From an uncultured archaeon (GTDB taxonomy: Archaea > Iainarchaeota > Iainarchaeia > Iainarchaeales > Iainarchaeaceae): a stretch of 32,000 bases of DNA. The notes under the pieces are model-generated. The model was not told the origin of the DNA. It did not search any database and saw only the letters and a list, made by a program, of their open reading frames with translations. The stretch lies in assembly GCA_964577555.1 (NCBI GenBank), contig CAZNZM010000002.1:119987-151986 (forward strand), given 5' to 3'. Below are positions 1 to 7,609 of the stretch, one piece after another. Both the position numbers and the translations under genes were made by a program. Within the stretch, counting starts at the first letter, position 1. Each line of letters opens with the position of its first letter.

Positions 1-85
1 GGATTCTGATAATTCAGGAAGGCTTGAAATTGTTTCTGCAAGGCTTGAAGAAAAATGATTTTTTTTATGGTGTTTTTTTGTGTCT

Positions 86-1033
86 TTAAGTTTTGCATTC
101 ACCGTTGGTTGGTTGGCTGATTACTTTAATATTTGTAGCATATACTTCGGCATTTTCTGTTTCTATTCCTTTTTCTCTCCATTTTGAGGCGCATTCGTAT
201 CCGAATTCACAGCCTTCGCATTCATAATAGGTTTTGCATATTCCTTCTTCTAAAATTGTTTTTCCTTTTTTTGTTGCTGTGCATTTTGTGTTTGTTGATT
301 GTTCTACGAATATTTCTTTTTCCCATTCTGCAATTCCAGCGTCTTCAGAGTTTGCAATTATTTTAACAATGTAGTTGCCTGCTTTTGCCAGGATTATTTG
401 TCTTGCAATTGTGTATTTTTCATTAGGATTTATTTCGTTTATTTCTCCTAAAATATTCTGGGCTAGTATTTCTTTTTTTTCTTCACCTTCTTTTATTATA
501 AAATAAAACAATATTTCGTAATTTAATTTTGCCGCTGTTATTTTTCCGTTGTTTGCCAATTCAAAACTGAATTTTATTGTTTCTTTTTGTTTTGCATTGT
601 TTGGTATTATTACGTTTTGTATTTCTATGTTTGCAGGTTTGTCGCCAAAGTAAACCGTGCAGTCATCAATTATTTGCGTTCCTCCAAGTTTTAGGGGTTT
701 GCATCTGAAATGTGCCATTGTTGAAAAAGTGGTTTTTGCATTTATGTTTTTTGGCTCAATTTTTATTTTTTGGCCGCTGCATGTTTGAAAGTCTGAGCAT
801 TCAAATCTTATATTAATTATGGGTGTTTCCATATTTTTGGCTTTTAGCGAAAACCCTTCTTTGAAGTAAATTTCTTTTGAATATAATTTTCCAATATTGC
901 CGTGTGCTAAATCAATGCCTTTTTTTATTTCTTTTTCCGTTTCTGTATGTGGCATAATGAAAATGTTATAGATTATGAATATTATTGTCGCTGTTGCAAT
1001 CCCGTAAATAAGTAATTTTAGCGGCGAATCCAT
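86..1033 (-). CDS. Membrane-anchored secreted protein with a CARDB/Ig-like beta-sandwich region and a Cys-rich C-terminus
   Basis: 315-aa ORF with an N-terminal hydrophobic helix (LLIYGIATATIIFIIYNIFI). The middle region resembles CARDB-type domains (IEIQNVIIPNNAKQKETIKFSFELANNG...). The C-terminus carries many Cys (CKTYYECEGCEFGYEC). Its start overlaps the stop of the upstream small ORF. Confidence 0.6.
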   Translation of the reverse strand: MDSPLKLLIYGIATATIIFIIYNIFIMPHTETEKEIKKGIDLAHGNIGKLYSKEIYFKEGFSLKAKNMETPIINIRFECSDFQTCSGQKIKIEPKNINAKTTFSTMAHFRCKPLKLGGTQIIDDCTVYFGDKPANIEIQNVIIPNNAKQKETIKFSFELANNGKITAAKLNYEILFYFIIKEGEEKKEILAQNILGEINEINPNEKYTIARQIILAKAGNYIVKIIANSEDAGIAEWEKEIFVEQSTNTKCTATKKGKTILEEGICKTYYECEGCEFGYECASKWREKGIETENAEVYATNIKVISQPTNGECKT

Positions 1034-1275
1034 TTTGGTTTCCTTCTTTCAGGTTTAAGCACTTCCCTGACTTCCCATTTCCAAAGGGTTTCTATGATGA
1101 ATGTAATTCCGAATGTTATAATGATTATTGTTATGATTGTTCCGTAGTCTCCGACAAAAAACAAGTATCCTTGTTCTTTTTGAGCCCATAGTTTGAATAG
1201 TAAAATGAAAAATATAGTCATTAGAAAGCCAAGTGTTAATTTCACTGCTTTTTCTATGAGAATTAATATTTGCAT
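1018..1275 (-). CDS. Small two-helix membrane protein
   Basis: 85-aa ORF with two hydrophobic segments and a basic tail. It overlaps the start of 86..1033 by 16 nt, which suggests co-translation. No family recognised. Confidence 0.45.
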   Translation of the reverse strand: MQILILIEKAVKLTLGFLMTIFFILLFKLWAQKEQGYLFFVGDYGTIITIIIITFGITFIIETLWKWEVREVLKPERRKPKWIRR

Positions 1276-1289
1276 ATATAAATTTTATT

Positions 1290-1839
1290 TTTTGGTATTT
1301 AAAAGTCGTTTGTTTAAGTTTTTTATGGGTTTTTTTTTGCTTTTTTTGTTATTTTTTTTAGCCATTATTTTTAGAGGGTTTTTTTTGGGGTTGTTTTTTT
1401 AATTTTGTTTTTTTTGTCTTTGTTTTTTTTGTTGTTTGCTTTTTAAGTCAATTTATTTTTTAGATGTTTTTTTAATCATTTTTTTGGGTATTTTTTTTAT
1501 TTTTTTTAATTGTTTTTTTTGGCGAGCCGTTTTTTTTGTTATTTTTTTTTGTTTGTTTTTGCAAGCCTTTTTTTTGTTTTTTTTGTGGCTTGGTTTTTTT
1601 TGTTTGAAATTTTGTTTTTTTGCAAGCCAATTTTTTTTGTCATTTTTTTTTGAATTATTTTTTTGTTTTTTTTTGTTGTTTTTTTTGTCGAGCCAATTTT
1701 TTTGTTATTATTTTTTTTGTTTTTTTTAATTGAATTTTGTTTTTTTGTAAGTCATTTTTTTCTTATTTTTTTTGGTTGTTTTTTTTGTGTTTTTGTTTTT
1801 GTGAGCCGTTTTTTTTAGTATTTTTTTTATTGTTTTGGC
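1290..1839. repeat. T/G-only intergenic array built from a degenerate AGCC-core repeat
   Basis: About 550 bp that is almost only T and G on the + strand. A core G(C/T)(A/G)AGCC(A/G) followed by T7-9 starts at 1522, 1561, 1622, 1688, 1747 (degenerate) and 1801, a spacing of 39-66 bp. ORFs called here are Phe-rich (+) or Lys/Asn-rich (-) homopolymer artefacts. Confidence 0.75.
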
Positions 1840-3693
1840 TTATTGGTTTTCTTCTTCCATTATATTGGTTTTTGTTTGCTTGTTGTACATTTCTATTATT
1901 TCTTTTACTGTTGTGCTTTCTTCTGGTTTTTTTTCTCTGAATTTTATCATTCTTGGAAATCTCAAAGCGTATCCTTGCCCTGTTTTGTCCATTCCACAAG
2001 TGTGTAATGGGCTTCTTGTGATTTCATCAGCCCTTACTTCTATGACTTGGTTTGGCAGAACCCAGGCATCTGGTTCTATTTTGGAGTCAACTCTTGCTGG
2101 TTTTTCTTTTTTTGAGATTTTTTCCAGTTTTTGTTTGAGTTCTTTGAGCATTTCTTCGCTCATTCCACTCCCTATTTTGCAAATTGATTTGAATGAGTCT
2201 GTTTCTTCATCATATACTGCTGTCAAAAGTCCGCCAAGCCCGAATTCTGTTCTTTTTCCTTTTCCTTTAAAATAGCCTATTATTGTAACATCAACCGAAT
2301 CGGATAGTTCTCCTTTGTAGCTTCTTTTTAGTTTTATCCATGCGAATTTTCTGGCTCCTGCAATGTATGGTGCGTTTAAGTCTTTTGCAATTATTCCTTC
2401 AAGCCCGTTTTCAATGTTTTCAAGGAAGAATTCTTCTATTTTTTTAGGGTCGTCGGTTATGATGCTTTTTGTTAGTTGTATGGTTTCTCCTTTTCCAATG
2501 ATTTTTGACAATAGTTCTCTGCGTTTGCTGAATTTTTCGTTCATTATGTTTTTACCGTCAATGTACATTGCATCAAATGCAAATACTTTTAATGGAAATT
2601 CTTCTGCCATTTTTCCAATTTCGTATTTTCTTTTTCTTTGCATTGTCACTTGAAATGGAAAGTATTGTTGCGTTTCTTCATTGTATGCTAATGCTTCGCC
2701 TTCAAATATTGCTGATTTTGCTTTGATTTGTTCTTTTATTGCTTCTACTATTTCAGGAAACATTTCTGTCATGTTTTCAGATTGCCTTGAAAAAATTACT
2801 ACTTTGTCCTGGTCTTTGTGGCATTGCAGTCTTAATCCGTCGTATTTTGCTTCAACAGCACATTTTCCTATTTTGTTTATGATTTCTTCTGATGAAGGGA
2901 GTCTTTCTGCAAGAGTTGGCCTTATTGGAGTTCCAGGCTGTATATTGATTTCTTCTAGCCCTTTGAGGCCTTTTTCTTTTAGTTTTTTTGCTATTTCTCC
3001 CAAGTCTGAAAATATGTTGTATTTTTCTTCTATGTATTGCCTTAATTTTTGTTTTGCCTTTCTTTCAAATTCCTCTTTTCTTTTTTCGTCTTTTTTTTCT
3101 TTTAATTCTGATTCTATTTCGTTTTTCGTTTTTTCGTTTTTTAGGAATTCGTCAAGATAATTTATTGCCAGAGAATCCATTATTGTTGGGTCTCCAATAC
3201 CTAATCTTAGATTTCCCAATGGTAATCTTGCAATGTATTTTGCTTCTATGGGGGTTGCGCTGTTTAGGAGCTCTGCAAATGTTCTTAGTTTTATTTCTTG
3301 GCTTCCTTTTCCTTCCGTTTCTGCGATTTTCACTAGGTTTGAGAAAACTTTGTTTGGTGTGAGTTTTTCTGTGAAAAAAGATTTTTGTTTTCTTGTTTTT
3401 GCAAGTTTTTCTGCAACGCTTCCAAGGTCGCCCATTTCTTTGTAGAGTTTTGTTATTTCTTCTCTTGTGAATCCTGTTGCGTTTGCTATTCCTTGTTCTA
3501 ATAAACCTTCGCCTATTCCAGATTCAAGGCTTGCGTGTTTTGGGCCTAAAGCACCTTGTGAGAAATATACTATTTGTTTTGCTTCGTTTTCGTTAGCTTT
3601 TGCAATTAGTTCTGCCAATATTTTTGTCATTTCAATTCTTGAATTTGTGTTTTCTATTTTATTGAATTGTTCTGCGATTTCCAAAAAAAGCAT
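1840..3693 (-). CDS. lig: ATP-dependent DNA ligase (Lig1 / archaeal type)
   Basis: 617-aa ORF. Motif I adenylation site is AVEAKYDGLRLQ (KxDG). Downstream motifs EGIIAK, WIKLK and a C-terminal OB-fold region (LRFPR) are in family-typical order, and an N-terminal DNA-binding domain is present. Confidence 0.95.
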   Translation of the reverse strand: MLFLEIAEQFNKIENTNSRIEMTKILAELIAKANENEAKQIVYFSQGALGPKHASLESGIGEGLLEQGIANATGFTREEITKLYKEMGDLGSVAEKLAKTRKQKSFFTEKLTPNKVFSNLVKIAETEGKGSQEIKLRTFAELLNSATPIEAKYIARLPLGNLRLGIGDPTIMDSLAINYLDEFLKNEKTKNEIESELKEKKDEKRKEEFERKAKQKLRQYIEEKYNIFSDLGEIAKKLKEKGLKGLEEINIQPGTPIRPTLAERLPSSEEIINKIGKCAVEAKYDGLRLQCHKDQDKVVIFSRQSENMTEMFPEIVEAIKEQIKAKSAIFEGEALAYNEETQQYFPFQVTMQRKRKYEIGKMAEEFPLKVFAFDAMYIDGKNIMNEKFSKRRELLSKIIGKGETIQLTKSIITDDPKKIEEFFLENIENGLEGIIAKDLNAPYIAGARKFAWIKLKRSYKGELSDSVDVTIIGYFKGKGKRTEFGLGGLLTAVYDEETDSFKSICKIGSGMSEEMLKELKQKLEKISKKEKPARVDSKIEPDAWVLPNQVIEVRADEITRSPLHTCGMDKTGQGYALRFPRMIKFREKKPEESTTVKEIIEMYNKQTKTNIMEEENQ

Positions 3694-3771
3694 AAATGAT
3701 TTATATGCTGTGTTGAATTAAATTTAATGTTTTTGCAGGTTTTATGGTTTTATCGTTTTTTATAATTTTGT

Positions 3772-4164
3772 TTACACCCAAGAGAAAATTACTTTGTTTA
3801 TGTCCTTGTTTTTTATTAGGGTGTTTCGCATGTTTATTATTTCTTCTGATTTGCCATGTAAGATAAAATTGTCTATGCATTTGTTTTCGTTTATGCATGA
3901 ATGATTTTGCCCGATTATTATTTTGTTGAATTTGTGTTTTGTTTCAGAGATGAATTTTTCTGTTTTCCGCGGGTGTATTGTTGATATTGTTGCGTTAGCA
4001 ATTCCTTTTATGGAATTTTCTTTGTTGATTTTTTCAAGGGCTATATTTATTGCTGCTCTAATTGCTTCTGAGTTGTTTGCGTGGCCCATTGCATTTTTGA
4101 TTGTTTGAAGTGCATCTATATTTTTATCCCCTAAAGAAATGCTGATTATTTTCATAAAAATCAA
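3772..4164 (-). CDS. NikR/CopG-family metal-responsive transcriptional regulator (ribbon-helix-helix plus ACT-like C-domain)
   Basis: The N-terminus KIISISLGDKNIDALQTIKNAMGHANNSEAIRAAINIAL is a typical RHH. The C-terminal half has the NikR-like His/Cys pattern (TIHP, TKH, NHSCINENKC). The true start may be the Met at 4155. It is divergent from a ZIP transporter operon. Confidence 0.7.
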   Translation of the reverse strand: MIFMKIISISLGDKNIDALQTIKNAMGHANNSEAIRAAINIALEKINKENSIKGIANATISTIHPRKTEKFISETKHKFNKIIIGQNHSCINENKCIDNFILHGKSEEIINMRNTLIKNKDINKVIFSWV

Positions 4165-4193
4165 ATGTTATTTTATTAACAATTAAATTTTTA

Positions 4194-4210
4194 TTATTAA
4201 TTATTAATAA
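4194..4210. promoter_or_regulatory. Perfect 8-1-8 AT palindrome in the NikR-like/ZIP divergent spacer (candidate operator)
   Basis: ttattaat-t-attaataa is self-complementary around its central base and lies between the divergent starts at 4164 and 4243. An AT-only palindrome in AT-rich DNA is weak evidence. Confidence 0.2.
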
Positions 4211-4242
4211 AATTTTCAAAAATTGTAATATTAGTGGTTTTT

Positions 4243-4404
4243 ATGGTTGAAGAGATTTTGCATTTTTTAGGCGGTTTTATTTTTGGTGCCGGGGTTTATC
4301 AATATTTTTTTGTAAAGCATGGCGAGAAGGCTAATTTGGTTTTTCTTTTTTTAGCGGGTTTTGTTGGTTGGGTTTTGGTTGAATTTTTTTTGCATGGAGG
4401 GTGA
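4243..4404 (+). CDS. Small (53 aa) two-helix membrane protein
   Basis: ATG-initiated ORF MVEEILHFLGGFIFGAGVYQYFFVKHGEKANLVFLFLAGFVGWVLVEFFLHGG, below the size cut-off of the ORF track. T-rich codon usage matches other + strand genes. It is the first gene of the ZIP-side operon. Confidence 0.35.
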   Translation: MVEEILHFLGGFIFGAGVYQYFFVKHGEKANLVFLFLAGFVGWVLVEFFLHGG

Positions 4405-4678
4405 GGTGTTTTTGGTGTATTTTAAATTTTTTTTTATTTTTTTTGTGTTATTGAATTTTCCATTTGTTTATTCTCATGGTTTTCATGGGCCTGAAGGGGT
4501 TTCTTTTGAGAATTTGTTTTTTTTGTTGTCTTTTGGTTCTATAGGAATTGGACTTTATTCGTTGCATTCCGAAATTTCTGGTCATGAATTGAAGTTGCTT
4601 GAAATTGGAGCCGCTTTTTTTGGTGGTTATTATATTATTAGCATTTTTGTTTCTTGGTTAGTTGGGTTGTTTGGTTGA
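4394..4678 (+). CDS. Small secreted/membrane protein with His-containing motifs
   Basis: The likely start is the ATG at 4394, inside track ORF 4361..4678, preceded by ggagggtgagg-like purines. It has a signal-like segment FKFFFIFFVLLNFPFVYS, then HGFHGPEG and SLHSEISGHE, then a C-terminal helix. It sits directly upstream of the ZIP gene. Confidence 0.4.
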   Translation: MEGEVFLVYFKFFFIFFVLLNFPFVYSHGFHGPEGVSFENLFFLLSFGSIGIGLYSLHSEISGHELKLLEIGAAFFGGYYIISIFVSWLVGLFG

Positions 4679-4683
4679 TTTTT

Positions 4684-5430
4684 ATGGATGTATGGTTTTT
4701 GGCTTTGTTGAGTACTTTGCTTGTCAGCATTGTTTCATTTGTTGGAATCGTTATTTTGATTATTAGCAAGAATCTTGTTGATAAACACATTTATTTTTTG
4801 GTGGCCTTGTCTGCTGGTGTTCTTTTAGGCGATGCTTTTTTTCATTTGATGCCTGAAGCTTTGGAGCAAGAAGGAGTAAAGGCTATTAGTGTTTCGCTTG
4901 ATGTGATTTCAGGTTTTATTTTTATGTTAGTATTTGAGCGTTTGATTCATTGGCATCATTGTCATGGGCATGAGCATGATTGTGAAAATTTGAAGTCTTT
5001 TGGGTATGTAAATTTGGCTGGTGATGCTATTCATAATTTTATTGACGGCATGCTTATTGCAGGAAGTTATTTGATTTCAGTTCAGGTGGGTGTTGCTACT
5101 ACTATTGCTGTAATTTTGCATGAGATTCCTCAAGAGCTTAGTGATTTCGGTGTTTTGCTTGCAGCAGGTTTTTCCAGGTTTAATGCTATTGTTTTCAATT
5201 TTATTTCTGCAATTTTTGCGGTTCTTGGCGCGGTTTTTGTTTTATTTTACAACAATCAAGTATCAAATATTGATGTTTTTCTTGCGGGTTTTGCTGCCGG
5301 TGGTTTTATTTATATTGGCGCTACTGATCTTTTGCCCGAATTGAGCAGGCGGAATAAAATTTCTTTGTTTTATATGAGTTCATTTGTAATTGGACTTCTT
5401 TTGATGTATTTTTTGCTTTTTTTAGAATAA
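4684..5430 (+). CDS. ZIP-family divalent metal transporter (ZupT-like)
   Basis: Signature HNFIDGMLIAGSY and ILHEIPQELSDFGVLL (the HEIPQExGDF-type ZIP motif), a His-rich loop HWHHCHGHEHDCE, and multiple TM helices. The track ORF begins at an alternative start at 4654; the ATG at 4684 is more likely. Confidence 0.9.
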   Translation: MDVWFLALLSTLLVSIVSFVGIVILIISKNLVDKHIYFLVALSAGVLLGDAFFHLMPEALEQEGVKAISVSLDVISGFIFMLVFERLIHWHHCHGHEHDCENLKSFGYVNLAGDAIHNFIDGMLIAGSYLISVQVGVATTIAVILHEIPQELSDFGVLLAAGFSRFNAIVFNFISAIFAVLGAVFVLFYNNQVSNIDVFLAGFAAGGFIYIGATDLLPELSRRNKISLFYMSSFVIGLLLMYFLLFLE

Positions 5431-5612
5431 TGATTTTTTTTGTGTTTTTTTTGTAAATTTTTATTTTTTAATTTGAAAATAAATTGCTTTTTTTTTGTCT
5501 TTTGTCTTGGTTAGCCAGTTTTTGCAATTTTATTTTTCTTTTTTTATTTTTTTGTTTTGTTTGTTTACAGTTTATCTTTAAATAGTTGTCTTTGTATTTA
5601 ATTATTTTAAAT

Positions 5613-5744
5613 GGGGTTATGGTGTAGCCTGGTCTAGCATACAAGCTTTGGGTAATCCTTTTCTTAAAAGCAGGTTTTTTTTGGCTTGTTTGGAGCCGGG
5701 ATTAAAAATAGCTTGCGACGGGGGTTCAAATCCTCCTAACCCCA
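5613..5744 (+). tRNA. tRNA-Pro(UGG): tRNA-Pro (anticodon UGG) with a 57-nt intron at the canonical 37/38 position
   Basis: Acceptor GGGGTTA/TAACCCC is perfect. D arm is GTGT-AGCCTGGTCTA-GCAT. The anticodon stem CAAGC (5642-5646) pairs with GCTTG (5711-5715), which is split by 5653-5709. The loop reads TT-TGG-G. T arm is GGGGG-TTCAAAT-CCTCC and the discriminator is A. Intron ends taatcc/ggatta can pair. No encoded CCA. Confidence 0.8.
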
Positions 5745-6035
5745 TTTTGATCTTTTGTATTTTTTGTTAATTTTTGCTGGTTGGAAATGTGAGCATTTTA
5801 AAGTGCATATATGGGTTTTGTTTTTTTTATGTTGTTGTATAAAGTTTTTTTTGATTGTCTTAAATCAATGTTTTGTAAAGACAATACGAATAGGCAACCT
5901 TATGCGGTTGTGTCTGCAGAAACTTGTAACGGTGCAAACAATTGTCATTTTTTTTCGTATTTTTTTTGTGTTTGGCTTGTTTTGCGGTTGTTAGAGTTGT
6001 ATTAAAAAACTTGTTTTGGAAGATTGACTTATCAA

Positions 6036-6109
6036 GGGGCCGTAGTATAGCTTGGTTAGTACTTACGCTTGGGGTGCGTAAAACCTGAGTTCAAATCTCA
6101 GCGGCCCCA
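6036..6109 (+). tRNA. tRNA-Pro(GGG): tRNA-Pro (anticodon GGG), intronless
   Basis: Acceptor is GGGGCCG/CGGCCCC. D arm is GTAT-AGCTTGGTTA-GTAC. Anticodon arm is TACGC-TTGGGGT-GCGTA. T arm is CTGAG-TTCAAAT-CTCAG and the discriminator is A. Confidence 0.9.
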
Positions 6110-6138
6110 GTTGTATTTTTTGTTTTTTGTGTCTTTTT

Positions 6139-6678
6139 TTATATAATTTGTCCTAACAAAATTAGCATCAGTATTCCTGTTGTGTTGAGTAAAAATGATA
6201 TTATTGTAAAAAGTTTGTCCGAAATTTTTGTTGTTGCCAATAATGCTACTCCAATTTCATCTGGCAATGGCGATGCTATGATTAATCCTGCCATTATTGG
6301 AATTATATATTCAATTGTCCATTTTGGGAGCATTTCTCTTGCTTGTGCAATTATGTTTTCTTTAGCCAATGCGTGTATTTCGTCGTGAAATGAATGTCTT
6401 ATTATTTTGAATATTATTAAGTCTCCTATAAAGGCTCCGATTCCTCCGAGAATGGCTGTAAGAAAGATGTTGTGGGTTTCTCCAATTATGAGGAATATTG
6501 CGGTGGCTATGGCGGCAGTAAAACCGTATGCTATGAGTATTCCCCCTATGAATGCGCCTGAATAGCCTATTTTTGAAATTGATTCCCTCAAGCCTGAAAA
6601 GTATTCTTGTGTAATTAAAAAATATGCTAATATAAAGGTGATTATTAATAGAAATAGTTTTGGGTATTTGAATTTCAT
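6139..6678 (-). CDS. Multi-pass integral membrane protein, family not recognised
   Basis: 179-aa ORF with 4-5 hydrophobic helices rich in Gly/Ile (GAFIGGILIAYGF, ILGGIGAFIGDLIIF). Its A-rich coding strand is typical of - strand genes here. Confidence 0.6.
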   Translation of the reverse strand: MKFKYPKLFLLIITFILAYFLITQEYFSGLRESISKIGYSGAFIGGILIAYGFTAAIATAIFLIIGETHNIFLTAILGGIGAFIGDLIIFKIIRHSFHDEIHALAKENIIAQAREMLPKWTIEYIIPIMAGLIIASPLPDEIGVALLATTKISDKLFTIISFLLNTTGILMLILLGQII

Positions 6679-6968
6679 TAATTATTTGTTATGGGTATTT
6701 GTTATTAATTTTTTGTTTGTTTTTTTTGAACTTAGTCTAAAGTTGTTTTGTTTTTCTTTTTTTTGTTGTTTGTTTTGCAAGCCAAATCAGCATGTTTTTT
6801 TTATTTAAAATTCTGAATTTTTTTTGTTCTTTGTTTTGGCTAACTTATTTTTTTTGATTTTTTAAATCATTTTTTTAGATTAAATTTTATTTTTGCTTTT
6901 TATCGTCGTGATTTTTTTAAATTTATTTTTTTATTTTTTTCATGCGGTTTTTATTGAAAGAATTATTT

Positions 6969-7586
6969 TTAATTGTCTGTTTTTGTGTTGTCTTTTTGCG
7001 CTTTGTTTTTTTTCATGAATCCGATTATTTGCATTATTATTGTTATTGCCGCTATTGTTAATAGTGCGATTTCTGCTATGTTTAATCCTGTTTCAGAATT
7101 GGGGTTGATGCCGTTTGCTTTCATTACGAAATGCGCTAGGCTTAATATAAATGCAATATATACTAGTCTTTGGATTGTTTTCCAGTGTTTTCCAAGTTTT
7201 GCTACTGCCAAATTGTTTGATGTCAGAGTCATTATGGACAGAATTAGCATTGCTGGTATTGCTATTGCTAATTTGTAGTCTGTAATTATTTGGTTGAAGT
7301 CGTAGTCGTAATATTTTGTAATGACTATTAAATAATGTAGTGCTATGAATATGAATGCTGCTATTCCAATTGCTCTTCTTGGTTCTAATAATTGTGAAAA
7401 TTCTTTTGGGTTTATTACATAAAGCGGGCCTATTATTAAAGAGATGCACAGCAAGTAAAATCCGCTTAGTGCCAATGTTCTTGTCATTGTTATCATTGGC
7501 GATGGCACTTCGATTAACGAGTTGTAGTAGGATATTATGGCTATTCCTGTAAGTGTGATTAACCATAGTTGGCTTTGTCTGTTCAT
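6969..7586 (-). CDS. Ferric-reductase-like / MsrQ(YedZ)-like heme-b membrane protein
   Basis: 205 aa with about 6 TM helices. Conserved-looking His sit inside helices (IFIALHYLIV, ILSLAHFVMK) and an RRAIGIAAF segment is typical of the ferric reductase transmembrane domain. It lies directly downstream of apbE in the same orientation. Confidence 0.65.
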   Translation of the reverse strand: MNRQSQLWLITLTGIAIISYYNSLIEVPSPMITMTRTLALSGFYLLCISLIIGPLYVINPKEFSQLLEPRRAIGIAAFIFIALHYLIVITKYYDYDFNQIITDYKLAIAIPAMLILSIMTLTSNNLAVAKLGKHWKTIQRLVYIAFILSLAHFVMKANGINPNSETGLNIAEIALLTIAAITIIMQIIGFMKKNKAQKDNTKTDN

Positions 7587-7609
7587 TGAATCACTTTTGT
7601 TTTTGTATT

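Noticed and set aside
2-58. Open frame ending at the TGA at 56-58 (…DSDNSGRLEIVSARLEEK), with T-rich codons like other + strand genes and two copies of aaggcttgaa
   Set aside because: Only 18 codons are visible, which is too short to support as a gene end.
1290-1839. Possible CRISPR arrays at the periodic T-rich regions (also 12433-13134)
   Set aside because: There is no conserved 25-40-nt repeat alternating with unique spacers. The units are degenerate and the intervening sequence is the same T/G low complexity. No cas genes are in the window.
1193-1940. Phe/Leu/Cys-rich + strand ORFs (1193..1402, 1436..1729, 1737..1940), and similar ones at 12509..12799, 12649..12834, 12917..13138 and 29199..29408
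   Set aside because: They are translations of T/G homopolymer tracts with no start context and no protein-like composition. They coincide with the spacer repeat arrays.
1763-1999. Lys/Asn/Gln-rich - strand ORFs in the arrays (1763..1999 and 12638..12838)
   Set aside because: They are the A-run reading of the same low-complexity DNA. 1763..1999 also overlaps the 3' end of the ligase gene out of frame.
1835-3721. Seven + strand ORFs antisense to the DNA ligase (1835..2275, 2363..2653, 2681..3160, 2988..3362, 3233..3445, 3467..3721)
   Set aside because: These are shadow frames opposite a confidently identified gene, with hydrophobic low-complexity products typical of antisense AT-rich coding DNA. 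The same reasoning applies to antisense ORFs inside proS (9371..10069, 9627..9875, 10232..10692), apbE, truD, the DRG gene and others.
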